Both the position numbers and the translations under genes were made by a program. The notes below the pieces were generated by a model. The model was not told the DNA's origin, made no database searches, and saw nothing but the letters and a program-made list of their open reading frames with translations. From Pseudomonadales bacterium (GTDB taxonomy: Bacteria; Patescibacteriota; Microgenomatia; UBA1400; PJMF01), in the NCBI GenBank assembly GCA_020632235.1, contig JACKFY010000003.1, forward strand, positions 29,966 to 93,965: a stretch of DNA of 64,000 nucleotides, in the 5' to 3' direction. Shown here piece by piece: positions 19,464-29,135 of the stretch. Numbering within the stretch: position 1 is the first letter of the stretch; the number at the start of each line of letters is the position of its first letter.

Positions 19464-20423
19464 CTAGCGTAGCATTTTTTCTGCCACTTGGACAATATGG
19501 TGACTGGTGAGACCGTGTTTTTTATAGAGTTCGTTTGGCGTTCCAGACTCCCCAAACTTGTCTTCGACTGCGAGTAGTTTGATAGGCAATTGTATGCCCA
19601 GTTTGGCCAGTGATTCAAGCACCGCGCTCCCCAGCCCGCCGGTAATTTGATGATCTTCGATAGTAATAATAGGCATGTTGTTCTTGGCAGCGTTCACCAG
19701 CACGGTGGTATCAAGTGGCTTGATGGTGTGCATGTTAACTACTTGCGCTTGGATACCTTGTTTGCTGAGCACTTGATGTGCCAGCACTGCTTGTTCTACC
19801 ATGGGACCGCAGGTAATCAGCATGACGTCACTTCCCTGGGTCATGATCTTTGCTGCTCCTATCTCAAAGGTATCGTCTGGAGTTGTGTAGGTAGTGGTCG
19901 CGTACTTTGTCGTGCGCAGATAGCAAGGGCCGTTGTGCTGCAGCGTGGCGTGTGTTGCCTGATAGCTTTCTTGTGCGTCACTAGGCACGAGTACCGTCAT
20001 GTTAGGGAGGGTGCGCATCAGTGCGATGTCTTCGAGTGCTTGGTGGGTGGCACCATCTGGTCCAATCCCCAGGCCTGCGTGTCCGCCCATCAGCTTGACA
20101 TTGAGATTTGAGTAGCAGATGGCTGTGCGTATCCCGCCGTAGGCGTTGTAGCACAAAAATGCAGCATAGCTAGCGGCAACAGGTAGTTTGCCAGCCATAG
20201 CAAACCCAGCTACCACACTGGCCAGGTTTTGTTCAGCTACGCCCACCTCGACAAAGCGCTCTGGCGCTACTTCTTTAAAGTAGTTGAGGCGTGTTGATTC
20301 TTCCAAGTCTGCTGAGAGAGCAATAATATCTGGATTCTCTTTAGTTGCATCAGCCAGTGCCCGGCCAAAGCCTTCTCTGGTAGAGTTTTTTTCTCCTACA
20401 GGAAAGTGCACGGTGATGCTCAT
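19464..20423 (-). CDS. tkt: Transketolase, C-terminal subunit (pyrimidine-binding plus C-terminal domains)
   Basis: FVEVGVAEQNLASVVAGFAMAGKLPVAASYAAFL. The likely start is ATG at 20423-20421, overlapping the stop of the N-terminal subunit gene as ATGA. The track ORF extends to 20483. Confidence 0.8.
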   Translation of the reverse strand: MSITVHFPVGEKNSTREGFGRALADATKENPDIIALSADLEESTRLNYFKEVAPERFVEVGVAEQNLASVVAGFAMAGKLPVAASYAAFLCYNAYGGIRTAICYSNLNVKLMGGHAGLGIGPDGATHQALEDIALMRTLPNMTVLVPSDAQESYQATHATLQHNGPCYLRTTKYATTTYTTPDDTFEIGAAKIMTQGSDVMLITCGPMVEQAVLAHQVLSKQGIQAQVVNMHTIKPLDTTVLVNAAKNNMPIITIEDHQITGGLGSAVLESLAKLGIQLPIKLLAVEDKFGESGTPNELYKKHGLTSHHIVQVAEKMLR

Positions 20424-21238
20424 AGATGTAACTCCTCTAGTGCTTGCTCTGCTTCTTCCGCACTTGGCGCTTTGCCGTGCCACTCGTACTTGCTTTCCAT
20501 GAATGAAACCCCTTTTCCTGGAGTGGTCTGGCAGATGATCGCGGTTGGAGGACTACTTGTTTTTGCTTGTTTGAGTGCTGCATAGATTTCTTCTGGGTTA
20601 TGCCCGTTAATATGCACCACTTCCATGCCAAATGAGGCAAGTTTGGCGGAAAATGGCTCGAGTGGCATCACATCATGCGTGTTTCCCCCAATCTGGATGT
20701 TATTTCTATCAATGAGTATGGTCAGGTTTCTGAGGCAGTATTTATTGATATAGTTGTAGGCCTCCCAGGTTTGGCCCTCTTGGTGCTCGCCATCACTGGT
20801 GATACAAAAGACGTGTTGGCTTCCTCCATCCATCAGCAGTGCGTGAGCGCAGCCAGCAGCCTGTGACAGGCCTAAGCCGAGTGGACCCGAGGTATTTTCA
20901 ATTCCTAGAGAAACATCTCGGTGTGGATGACCCTGGAGAGGGCTGTCTAGTTGACGAAGCGTGAGTAGTGTTTCGTTTGAAAAATATCCAGCCTCTGCTA
21001 GCGTTGCGTACAGTACCGGGCAGATGTGCCCGTTTGAGAGAAAGACGCGATCCCGGGCCGTCCAGCTTGGATTATCTGGGTTATGCTTGAGGATGTCGGA
21101 AAAATATAGCACAGCAAAGACGTCCGCCATTCCCAGCGCACCGCCAGGATGACCACTGCCTGCACGAGCCAACATTTTTATGATGGAGCGACGGATGGTG
21201 GTGGCTGTTTTGGCTACGGCAGTAGTGTCGAGGGGCAT
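20420..21238 (-). CDS. tkt: Transketolase, N-terminal subunit (TPP-binding)
   Basis: RRSIIKMLARAGSGHPGGALGMADVFAVLYF and GHPHRDVSLGIENTSGPLGLGLSQAAG. Confidence 0.85.
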   Translation of the reverse strand: MPLDTTAVAKTATTIRRSIIKMLARAGSGHPGGALGMADVFAVLYFSDILKHNPDNPSWTARDRVFLSNGHICPVLYATLAEAGYFSNETLLTLRQLDSPLQGHPHRDVSLGIENTSGPLGLGLSQAAGCAHALLMDGGSQHVFCITSDGEHQEGQTWEAYNYINKYCLRNLTILIDRNNIQIGGNTHDVMPLEPFSAKLASFGMEVVHINGHNPEEIYAALKQAKTSSPPTAIICQTTPGKGVSFMESKYEWHGKAPSAEEAEQALEELHL

Positions 21239-21283
21239 TACAATTTATTTTAATCCTTTTTTTCCCTTAAAAAAAGGTGTAGA

Positions 21284-22552
21284 GTGAAAGAGAGAACGTG
21301 CCAAAGGCGCGTCTGTTTTGCTATGCCACAACAACCATCAGTCTTTATGATCGGCTGGGAGTACCCACCGCACAATAGCGGCGGTTTGGGTGTTGCGTGT
21401 CAGGGGATGACCGAGGCTTTAGCCAGCGCTGGCCACCACATCAACTTTACTCTACCCTACCAGTTTGCAGGGAGTGTGGGACACATGAGTGTGCACGCCT
21501 CGCCTGATCCAACAGTGCGGAAAAGCCAAGCGCAGAGTCCTCCGTGGAACGCCTATAGTGCTTCAAGCAGCATTCAGCAGGTGTCACTGCGCGCAGCATT
21601 TGTTTCTGGGGTTGATACTCTGCCTCAGGCAGACCTCGAGCATCATGTAGAGTCATACGCCCAGCGCGTACAAAAAATAGCACACAGCCAGTCATTTGAC
21701 GTGATTCATGCACATGACTGGCTTTCGTTTCCTGCTGCTATGGCAGTGCATGCTGATACAGGAAAGCCACTGGTAACTCACATTCACTCGACAGAGTACG
21801 ATCGTATCCCTGGCGGAAATGGTAGTAGCTATATCATGCAGGCAGAGCAGCGTGGCATGCAGGCTGCTACTCATGTGATTGCCGTTAGTGAGTACACCAG
21901 GCAGATCCTCATCAAGCAGTACGGTATTAACCCGACCAAGATATCGGTAGTGCACAACGGCATAGCACCGCACAGTACGCAGGTGGCACAAGCGCAGTTT
22001 GCGGGCAGAAAACCTATGGTGGCGTTTATGGGTAGAATTACTGGCCAAAAAGGTGTGCATCAATTTCTGGAAGTAGCAAAACGAGTGACAACAATACTAC
22101 CCGAGGCCTTGTTTGTGATCGCAGGCAATGGCGATCTGTACCACAATGTACTACTACACAATGCAGCAGCGGGGCTCTCGGCGCACGTCTTGTTTGCGGG
22201 GTTTGTGCGTGACAGGCAAAAACAACAGTTACTCTCTCGGGCTGACGTCTTTATTATGCCGTCTCTCTCCGAGCCATTTGGATTGGTTGCGCTTGAGGCT
22301 GCCCAGCACAACACGCCGGTGATTATCTCAAAAAACTCTGGGGTGGCAGAGGTGCTGCCCAGCGCCACTCAGCTTGACTACTGGGACACCGATAAAATGA
22401 GTGAGGCAGTTCTTTCTTTACTCAAAGATCGTGAGGCCGCCCAGCTGCAGATAGCATCTCAACAGCGCGATCTTTCTCATGTTACCTGGCAAAACTCGAT
22501 CGAAAAACTAGGTAGCGTGTACAAGCGAGCACTCTTGGGTACTCATGGCTAA
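21284..22552 (+). CDS. GT-B glycosyltransferase (GT4/GT5, glycogen-synthase-like)
   Basis: IGWEYPPHNSGGLGVACQGMTEALA near the N-terminus and the C-terminal EPFGLVALEAAQHNTPVIIS motif. GTG start with an AAGGTG ribosome-binding site. Overlaps the GH57 gene start. Confidence 0.7.
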   Translation: MKERTCQRRVCFAMPQQPSVFMIGWEYPPHNSGGLGVACQGMTEALASAGHHINFTLPYQFAGSVGHMSVHASPDPTVRKSQAQSPPWNAYSASSSIQQVSLRAAFVSGVDTLPQADLEHHVESYAQRVQKIAHSQSFDVIHAHDWLSFPAAMAVHADTGKPLVTHIHSTEYDRIPGGNGSSYIMQAEQRGMQAATHVIAVSEYTRQILIKQYGINPTKISVVHNGIAPHSTQVAQAQFAGRKPMVAFMGRITGQKGVHQFLEVAKRVTTILPEALFVIAGNGDLYHNVLLHNAAAGLSAHVLFAGFVRDRQKQQLLSRADVFIMPSLSEPFGLVALEAAQHNTPVIISKNSGVAEVLPSATQLDYWDTDKMSEAVLSLLKDREAAQLQIASQQRDLSHVTWQNSIEKLGSVYKRALLGTHG

Positions 22553-23768
22553 GGTTTGTTGGTACTTTCACCTGCACCAGCCATTTCGCCTTGCCGCTCA
22601 AGACGTTTTTTCACTAGGGAAGAATCACGAGTATTTTTCCGCAGATAACGCAGTTATTTTTCAAAAAGTAGTAAAAAAATCATACCTTCCGATGCTGACA
22701 CTCCTTCTTGAGTTGTGCCAAGCACATCCGCAATTTGTGTGCGCGCTGTCTCTGACTGGTGTGTTTTTAGAGCAGGCGAGTGAGTACGCGCCAGAAGTAC
22801 TTGTGTTGCTGCAACAACTGGTTGCCACAGGCCAAGTAGAGCTCTTGGCAGAGACCTATCACCACACGCTGGCCTCGCTCTACTCTACTCAAGAGTTTAA
22901 TGTGCAGGTACACCACCACCTGCAGCTGCTTGATCAACTGTTTGCCTACACCCCAACAGTTTTTCGCAATACCGAGCTGATTTACCAAAATGAAATAGGT
23001 AGCATGGTGGCACAACTAGGGTTTATTGGCCTATTGACCGAGGCAGTGCCCCGCTATCTGGATGGTAGAGAAAAAACACGACTGTATCGAAGTGTGGGTG
23101 ATGAAGCACTCCCCCTCTTGCTCAAGCAAGCAGAGCTTTCCGATGACATTGCGTTTCGGTTTTCAGACAAGCAATGGAGCCAGTACCCTCTTACTGCGCA
23201 GACCTATCTAGAGTGGTTAGATAACTACCGTGATGACGAGTTGATCAACTTGTTTATGGATTTTGAGACCTTTGGCGAGCACCAGTGGGCAGATACAGGA
23301 ATTTTTTCGTTTTTTCAGTCACTCAACGAGATGTTGATTGCAAATAAAGCAGCGCAGCTTGTCACCCCTAGTATGGTACTTACACCACTCACCAAAAAAC
23401 AGCGATGTGACCTGCCCGTCTATGATGTGCCAGAGCCTATTTCTTGGGCAGACGTTGATCGCGATATTACAGCCTGGATCGAGAATAGTATGCAGCAGGA
23501 TGCACTCAAACAGCTGTATGCACTTGAGAAGATTATCACTACTCTTCCTCGTTCAAGCTCGGCTAAAGGCAGCGTTACTGCAAAACACATTGAGTTGCTT
23601 TCGTTGTGGCGAAATTTGCAAACCAGTGATCATTTTTACTACATGTGTACCAAGTGGGCAGCAGATGGTGACGTGCACGCCTACTTTAGTCCGTACCAAG
23701 ACCCGTACGAGGCCTACCGTAATTTTTGTATTGCACTCAGGGACTTGAGCGATAGAGTCAAACAGTGA
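22545..23768 (+). CDS. Glycoside hydrolase family 57 (alpha-amylase or branching-enzyme type)
   Basis: N-terminal WYFHLHQPFR, the GH57 H-x-HQP signature. Confidence 0.75.
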   Translation: MAKVCWYFHLHQPFRLAAQDVFSLGKNHEYFSADNAVIFQKVVKKSYLPMLTLLLELCQAHPQFVCALSLTGVFLEQASEYAPEVLVLLQQLVATGQVELLAETYHHTLASLYSTQEFNVQVHHHLQLLDQLFAYTPTVFRNTELIYQNEIGSMVAQLGFIGLLTEAVPRYLDGREKTRLYRSVGDEALPLLLKQAELSDDIAFRFSDKQWSQYPLTAQTYLEWLDNYRDDELINLFMDFETFGEHQWADTGIFSFFQSLNEMLIANKAAQLVTPSMVLTPLTKKQRCDLPVYDVPEPISWADVDRDITAWIENSMQQDALKQLYALEKIITTLPRSSSAKGSVTAKHIELLSLWRNLQTSDHFYYMCTKWAADGDVHAYFSPYQDPYEAYRNFCIALRDLSDRVKQ

Positions 23769-23780
23769 TAGGCTAGTAGC

Positions 23781-25793
23781 ATGGCTCGCGCACTCACCCT
23801 AGGAAACGGAAAAATACTGGTTGGTCTAGATAAATATGGGTTTGTCAGGGACTTTTATTTTCCCTACGTGGGGCTTGAAAACCATGTCTCGGGCCACCAG
23901 CACCGTATTGGAGTCTGGATCGAGGGCGAGTTTAGCTGGATTGATGATGGCTCGTGGGATATCACCATTGGGTATAAAAACGAAACTATGGTGGGCTACT
24001 TGGTGTGCAAGCGTGAAGATTTGGGCGTGAGTATTGTGATGGAAGACATTGTTTATAACGAGCACAACATCTTTGTGCGCCAGGTGGATGTCTATAACAT
24101 GCGTGATGAGCCCATAGAGGTGCGGCTGTTTTTCCACCAGGTGTTCTTGATACACGAAAGCAAAAAAAGAAACACCGCCTTTTATGACCCCACCCACGCC
24201 ACCCTCGTGCACTACAAAGGCAGGCGGGTGTTTGTTGCCAACGGCAAGACAGACGCAGGTACGGGCATTGATGCGTACTGTGTGGGTGAGTATCAGTATG
24301 GTGGTAAGGAGGGCACCTTTCGTGATGCAGAGGACGGTGAGTTAGGCAGTAACGCAGTGGAGCACGGCTCGGTGGACTCTGTCATGCGCTTGAGCTTGAC
24401 TGTTCAGCCTAGAGAAAAGGCGCGAGCGTACTACTGGATCTGTGCTGCCAAGTCGCTCGAGACAGCCTACCAACTCAACGATCTTGTCTTACAAAAAACC
24501 CCTGGCTCGATGGTGCACTCTACCAGTAGTTACTGGCGGGCGTGGCTGGACACCCATGTCTCCAATCTTGCTGACTTGCCGCCAGAGCATAAGAAACTAT
24601 TTGACACGTCACTGTTTATTGTTCGGTCGCACCTTGACAATCGCGGTAGCATTATTGCTGCGAGCGATAGCGAGATGATCGAGTACGGCAAAGATGACTA
24701 CTCCTATATGTGGCCGCGCGATGCGGCGTTTATTGTCTCTGTGCTGTGTAAAGCTGGGTTTGAAGAGGTGGTCAAGCCATTTTTCTCGTTTTGTACCGAT
24801 GTGCTCCACCCCGATGGCTATCTTCATCACCGATATAGATCTGACAAAAGCCTGGGTTCTACCTGGCACTCAACTGCCCAGCAGACTGAGTGGCTCAAAA
24901 ACAAACTGCTGCAGCTGCCCATTCAGGAAGACGAGACAGCCAGCGTGTTGGTGGCACTTTGGGAGTACTACACAGCGTCAAAAGATGTGGAGTTTATCGA
25001 GGCGCTCTACAAACCACTCATAGAGAAAATGGCAACATTTTTGGTGCAGTTTCGAGACAAAAAAACAGGCTTGCCACTCCCCTCGTATGATCTGTGGGAG
25101 GAAGTGATGGGGGTGTCTACCTACACCTGTGCTTCGGTCTATGGCGGACTGATGGCAGCAGCGCGGTTTTCAGAGCTGTTGGATAAAAGAAACCACATGC
25201 GTGAGTACACCAGTGTGGCCAAAGAGATCAAGAAAGCGGCCTGCGACTATCTCTATGATCCTGACCTCGCCTCGTTTGTGCGGTATGGAAAAATAAATCA
25301 GAGTGGTGAGTTTGAGCGGGTGCGGGTAGTTGATGCCAGCTCGCTGTTTGGCCTGTGGCACTTTGGCATGTTAGACCACACCGATGAGCGTTTCAAGAAC
25401 ACCCGACAGCAGGTGCAGGCACGACTGTGGAACCCTTCACAGCTGGGTGGCTACATTCGCTACGAGCGTGATGCCTACTTTCGCGCCAGCGACCTACCCA
25501 ACCCTTGGTTTATTACTACCTTGTGGGACGCGCAGTGCACGCTACTACAGCCAGAGCTGACAGAGCGTGACTTAGAAAGTGCTAAGCAAACGCTTGATTG
25601 GGTGGTAGAGCATGTGTACCAGTCTGGCATCTTGGCAGAACAGCTGGACCCCTACACAGGCGAGTCACTCTCGGCTACGCCGCTTGTGTGGAGTCACGCA
25701 GTGTACATAGAGACTATTCAGATGTATCTGGAAAAAAAACGAGATCTTGAGCTGGGTACCGAGGTGTTGAGCCAGGAGCTGCATGTGATTTAG
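23781..25793 (+). CDS. Glycoside hydrolase family 15 (glucoamylase/glucodextranase-like)
   Basis: 670 aa. A bacterial/archaeal GH15 N-terminal domain (LGNGKILVGLDKYGFVRDFYFPYVG) and a C-terminal (alpha/alpha)6 region. Confidence 0.75.
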   Translation: MARALTLGNGKILVGLDKYGFVRDFYFPYVGLENHVSGHQHRIGVWIEGEFSWIDDGSWDITIGYKNETMVGYLVCKREDLGVSIVMEDIVYNEHNIFVRQVDVYNMRDEPIEVRLFFHQVFLIHESKKRNTAFYDPTHATLVHYKGRRVFVANGKTDAGTGIDAYCVGEYQYGGKEGTFRDAEDGELGSNAVEHGSVDSVMRLSLTVQPREKARAYYWICAAKSLETAYQLNDLVLQKTPGSMVHSTSSYWRAWLDTHVSNLADLPPEHKKLFDTSLFIVRSHLDNRGSIIAASDSEMIEYGKDDYSYMWPRDAAFIVSVLCKAGFEEVVKPFFSFCTDVLHPDGYLHHRYRSDKSLGSTWHSTAQQTEWLKNKLLQLPIQEDETASVLVALWEYYTASKDVEFIEALYKPLIEKMATFLVQFRDKKTGLPLPSYDLWEEVMGVSTYTCASVYGGLMAAARFSELLDKRNHMREYTSVAKEIKKAACDYLYDPDLASFVRYGKINQSGEFERVRVVDASSLFGLWHFGMLDHTDERFKNTRQQVQARLWNPSQLGGYIRYERDAYFRASDLPNPWFITTLWDAQCTLLQPELTERDLESAKQTLDWVVEHVYQSGILAEQLDPYTGESLSATPLVWSHAVYIETIQMYLEKKRDLELGTEVLSQELHVI

Positions 25794-25820
25794 GTTGACT
25801 CCTTTTCCCCTCCTTGTACA

Positions 25821-26750
25821 ATGACCCCCATGAGTAACTATGTGATTGGTATTGATGCTGGTGGAACAAAGACGGAGGCGCTGTGCGCAACCTTGGATGG
25901 TGAAGTAGTAGGTAGGGGGTTTTCTGGGCCTAGCAATTTAGGCACGACCTCGGTGGGCGCTGCGAGCTTTAGCTTGAAAGAAGCTATTCGCCAGGCAACT
26001 GAAGGGCTGGCAGACGCACGCGTCGCACGCATGGTGGTGGGTTTGGCGGGGATGGATACACCTGAGGAAGAAAAACGAGCGCACGAGGTGTTTAGCCAAG
26101 CACTCCACGAGTATGGCATCAACAACTTAATGTTAGTGAATGACACCATGATTGCGCTCAAGAACGGGAGCGATGCGCAGGATGCGGTGATCATTATTTC
26201 TGGCACAGGCTCCAATTGTGTTGGCATCAATAGTGCTGGCGAAACCAAACAAGCAGGTGGCATGGACTACCTACTCACCGATCAAGGCTCGGGGTACTTT
26301 ATCGGCCGGCAAGTACTGCGTGAGGCAGTCAAAAGCTATGACGGACGTCGCACTCACTCCGTGCTAGAAGAGCTAGTGGCCAAGCACTTTTCCATTCCTT
26401 CTCTAGACCACCTGAAAGAGCAAGTCTACAACCCCGTGTTGAGCAAAGTGGAGGTGGCAGCGCTCGCTCCACTCTGTTCTGAGGCGTTTGACTTGGGTGA
26501 TGTTGCTGCCCAAGAGATCTTCACTCACGCCAAGCAAGAACTGATGCTGCTCCTCACCACCGTTGTTAATGGACTACAGTTTTCTGGTGCGTTTGATGTG
26601 GTGCTGGGGGGCTCGGTTACACACATTGATCATGTGCAAAAGTATCTCAAAGAACAGATTGTTCTTAAGTACCCGCTCGCGCAGGTTGCTATCCCTGAAA
26701 AACCACCCGTGTTTGGTGCACTCAAGATGGCTTTGAGCACACAGCAGTAG
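25821..26750 (+). CDS. BadF/BadG/BcrA/BcrD-type ATPase (N-acetylglucosamine-kinase-like sugar kinase)
   Basis: VIGIDAGGTKTE, the ASKHA phosphate-1 motif, plus the ISGTGSNCVG motif. Confidence 0.7.
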   Translation: MTPMSNYVIGIDAGGTKTEALCATLDGEVVGRGFSGPSNLGTTSVGAASFSLKEAIRQATEGLADARVARMVVGLAGMDTPEEEKRAHEVFSQALHEYGINNLMLVNDTMIALKNGSDAQDAVIIISGTGSNCVGINSAGETKQAGGMDYLLTDQGSGYFIGRQVLREAVKSYDGRRTHSVLEELVAKHFSIPSLDHLKEQVYNPVLSKVEVAALAPLCSEAFDLGDVAAQEIFTHAKQELMLLLTTVVNGLQFSGAFDVVLGGSVTHIDHVQKYLKEQIVLKYPLAQVAIPEKPPVFGALKMALSTQQ

Positions 26751-26827
26751 CTATTTTCATATTTGTTGGTATACTACGTATATAGTTCTAGCAACTAACT
26801 TACGGAACACAGTAATAATTTCCCAAT

Positions 26828-26894
26828 GAGTAGTATGTCTGGAAATGTAGTATGTATGGGGCTCAGTAGTAGCCCAAGAAATGAGTGTGTATGG
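26828..26894 (+). promoter_or_regulatory. 5' UTR repeats GTATGT(C/A)TGG, three copies, the last overlapping the RRM gene start codon
   Basis: gagtagtatgtctgg at 26828-26842, gtagtatgtatgg at 26847-26859 and gagtgtgtatgg at 26883-26894, which includes the ATG at 26891. A GGGCT...AGCCC hairpin lies between them. Confidence 0.3.
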
Positions 26895-27241
26895 CAGATA
26901 CAGCAACACAACAAGTAAATCCTAACAAGTTGTTTGTAGGCAACATCCCTTGGAGCATAACCCAAGACGGCTTGGTCGACCTTTTCTCGCAGTACGGTGC
27001 GATTGTCGACGCCAAGCTGATGACCGAAAGGCAAACAGGTAGGTCAAAAGGTTTTGGATTCGTTGAATTTGAAAGCGCAGAGGCAGCGCAAGCGGCAATT
27101 GACGCGTTAAGCGGCACTGAAGTAGAAGGTAGAGAGCTCGTTGTCAACGTTGCCCGACCAAGAGCACCCCGAGAAGACCGAGGTGGCTATCGCGGTGGCG
27201 GTGGCGGATACAACCGAGACCGCAACAGCCGAAGCTGGTAA
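26891..27241 (+). CDS. RRM-type RNA-binding protein with a Gly/Arg-rich tail
   Basis: KLFVGNIPW is the RNP2 motif, KGFGFVEF is RNP1, and the tail is RGGYRGGGGGYNRDRN. Confidence 0.85.
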   Translation: MADTATQQVNPNKLFVGNIPWSITQDGLVDLFSQYGAIVDAKLMTERQTGRSKGFGFVEFESAEAAQAAIDALSGTEVEGRELVVNVARPRAPREDRGGYRGGGGGYNRDRNSRSW

Positions 27242-27269
27242 GCTAGGCTTGGATACATGAAATATCTAA

Positions 27270-27297
27270 AAAGACCCCTTTTGAGGGGTCTTTTTTT
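27270..27297 (+). terminator. Rho-independent terminator
   Basis: aagaCCCCTTttgAGGGGtc followed by T7. Confidence 0.7.
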
Positions 27298-27339
27298 GCA
27301 CGTGCTTGCTTGGAGTAGTACATGGTAAGATGCAGATAG

Positions 27340-27867
27340 ATGTTTGCAATCATCCTACTCATTATCTCGGGAGTTATCTTAGCAGCGGTTGTGTTGTATT
27401 TTGGTATGCAGGTGCTGTATGCCAGCACCATGCTGCACGGCCCTGTGTTTGTGCCTAGCAAACCCAAAGATGTTGCCCAGATGATCAAGCTCGCCCAGCT
27501 AAAAAAATCTGACAAAATTTTGGATCTTGGCTCTGGAGACGGCACGGTAGTATTGGCGCTAGCAAAGCTGGCGTACCAGGCTCATGGAGTTGATATTAAC
27601 CCGCTATTGGTGCGAAAAGCACGAAAGAAAGCGGTCGCACTTGAGCTGTCAGAGCGCGTGACGTTTGAGCGCGCTAATTTTTGGAGTCTTGATTTGTCTG
27701 AGTATGATGTGATTTTTTTCTATGGCACTACGTATGTTATGAAAAAACTAGAGAAGAAACTGTTTGCAGAGTTGAAGCCAGGGTCGCGAGTTGTTTCCAA
27801 TTACTTTGAGTTTCCTACCTGGAAGCCAGCTAGAGAACAAGGGAAGATTAGGGTGTATGAGAAATAA
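27340..27867 (+). CDS. Class I SAM-dependent methyltransferase (small)
   Basis: ILDLGSGDGTVVLALA is motif I, and there is an N-terminal transmembrane helix. Confidence 0.65.
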   Translation: MFAIILLIISGVILAAVVLYFGMQVLYASTMLHGPVFVPSKPKDVAQMIKLAQLKKSDKILDLGSGDGTVVLALAKLAYQAHGVDINPLLVRKARKKAVALELSERVTFERANFWSLDLSEYDVIFFYGTTYVMKKLEKKLFAELKPGSRVVSNYFEFPTWKPAREQGKIRVYEK

Positions 27868-28067
27868 TGCAAAGTATGAGCGTTAGGGACGAATCTTTTT
27901 TAGCAAGGTTACTTAGAAAACAGTCTGTTGTTGAACGCGTCGCTCAAGAAACTGGAAAGAAATGCGGGGGGGCAAAGAATGAGATTGGTCGTCAGATAAA
28001 ACAGTGTTTAACAGGAAAAAATCCTATTTCTGGTGCATCAGTTACAAAATCTGGCGTTGAAGATTAA
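27867..28067 (+). CDS. Small basic hypothetical protein, overlapping the methyltransferase stop as TAATG
   Basis: 66 aa ORF in a layout consistent with translational coupling. No known family. Confidence 0.25.
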   Translation: MQSMSVRDESFLARLLRKQSVVERVAQETGKKCGGAKNEIGRQIKQCLTGKNPISGASVTKSGVED

Positions 28068-28663
28068 TAACAGACAACAACCAGGTCAAAACTACTTTCT
28101 GGCCGTATGTGTGAAAAGTAATAGTCCTCGGCCGGATCCCACCTGCGGTGCCAATCATCCATGTATGTCGCTCCTTCTCGATTCACAAGGTTTGTCCTTC
28201 TTACTGTATCATCGGAAGATTGCACTAAAACTGAAAGGTCGACAAGTTTAGTAAGCTCTGGTCTAGCAGAGTACGCGCCGTCGAGCACAATCACTCTGTG
28301 GGGAGCAATAGTGATAGGTGTATCAGATAAGCCTTTGTTTGTTTGAAAATCAAATGGACGATAGGATACAGCTTCTCCATTTCTGAGGGGTATAAGCACC
28401 TCTTTTGCAAGTCGTTTCCAGTCAATACCAAGCTGGACTCTTTCTTCAGGAGATCTATTATCCCATAGCTCATTTTCGCCACCAGCCCAAAAATTATCAG
28501 CCGTAACAACAACCCCGCCTACTTCTTCAGCAACTTTTTTCGCCAGGGTTGATTTGCCAACACCACTTCTGCCATCAAGTGCAATGATGACTGGGTGTTG
28601 TGCGTTGTTTTTTAATGCAGTTATTACTGCGACAAGATACTCCATACTGTTTGAAGGTTGCAT
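28064..28663 (-). CDS. P-loop nucleoside kinase (uridine kinase / nicotinamide-riboside kinase family)
   Basis: IALDGRSGVGKSTLAKKV is the Walker A motif, then ADNFW, then VIVLDGAY. The layout resembles NRK/Udk. Confidence 0.65.
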   Translation of the reverse strand: MQPSNSMEYLVAVITALKNNAQHPVIIALDGRSGVGKSTLAKKVAEEVGGVVVTADNFWAGGENELWDNRSPEERVQLGIDWKRLAKEVLIPLRNGEAVSYRPFDFQTNKGLSDTPITIAPHRVIVLDGAYSARPELTKLVDLSVLVQSSDDTVRRTNLVNREGATYMDDWHRRWDPAEDYYFSHIRPESSFDLVVVCY

Positions 28664-28678
28664 GTTTTTAGTTCTTAA

Positions 28679-29116
28679 CTATTTCCACCCATACTCAGAG
28701 TACATCTCACCTTTTGCGACAGCATCAAGTGCGTAGCGCACGGACGCAATCATGTTTTCTGGTAGATCAGCCATATCAAACCACTTCAACTCGCTACATT
28801 TATCTGGCTCTTTGTTCGTTATCTTTCCACTCCAGCTCGTAGCTACAAAATATACATCTACGCGCTCTGAGCCATCACTATCAGATTTTCGATGCATGAT
28901 GTGGGCTGGTTGTAGGTTGTTTGGTTGTAACATAATGCCTATTTCTTCTTTTACCTCTCTGATGATAGCCTGGGAGAATGGTTCGCCCTCGTCGACATGT
29001 CCAGCAACAAGACTCCAGTCGCCGTCGTGATAGCCAGTGTTATGGCGTTTGGATAACAGAATTTTGTTTTCTTTTTGCAAGACAAGGAATGTGGCGACGA
29101 TATTGGTGTGGCGCAT
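28679..29116 (-). CDS. NUDIX hydrolase
   Basis: GHVDEGEPFSQAIIREVKEEIGI is the Nudix box. Confidence 0.85.
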   Translation of the reverse strand: MRHTNIVATFLVLQKENKILLSKRHNTGYHDGDWSLVAGHVDEGEPFSQAIIREVKEEIGIMLQPNNLQPAHIMHRKSDSDGSERVDVYFVATSWSGKITNKEPDKCSELKWFDMADLPENMIASVRYALDAVAKGEMYSEYGWK

Positions 29117-29135
29117 GGCAGAAATAGTGAGCTGG

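Noticed and set aside
19464-21238. Transketolase split into two ORFs read as a frameshift or pseudogene
   Set aside because: The two genes overlap as ATGA, a start overlapping a stop. Each has its own plausible start. Split N- and C-terminal transketolase subunits are a known natural arrangement.
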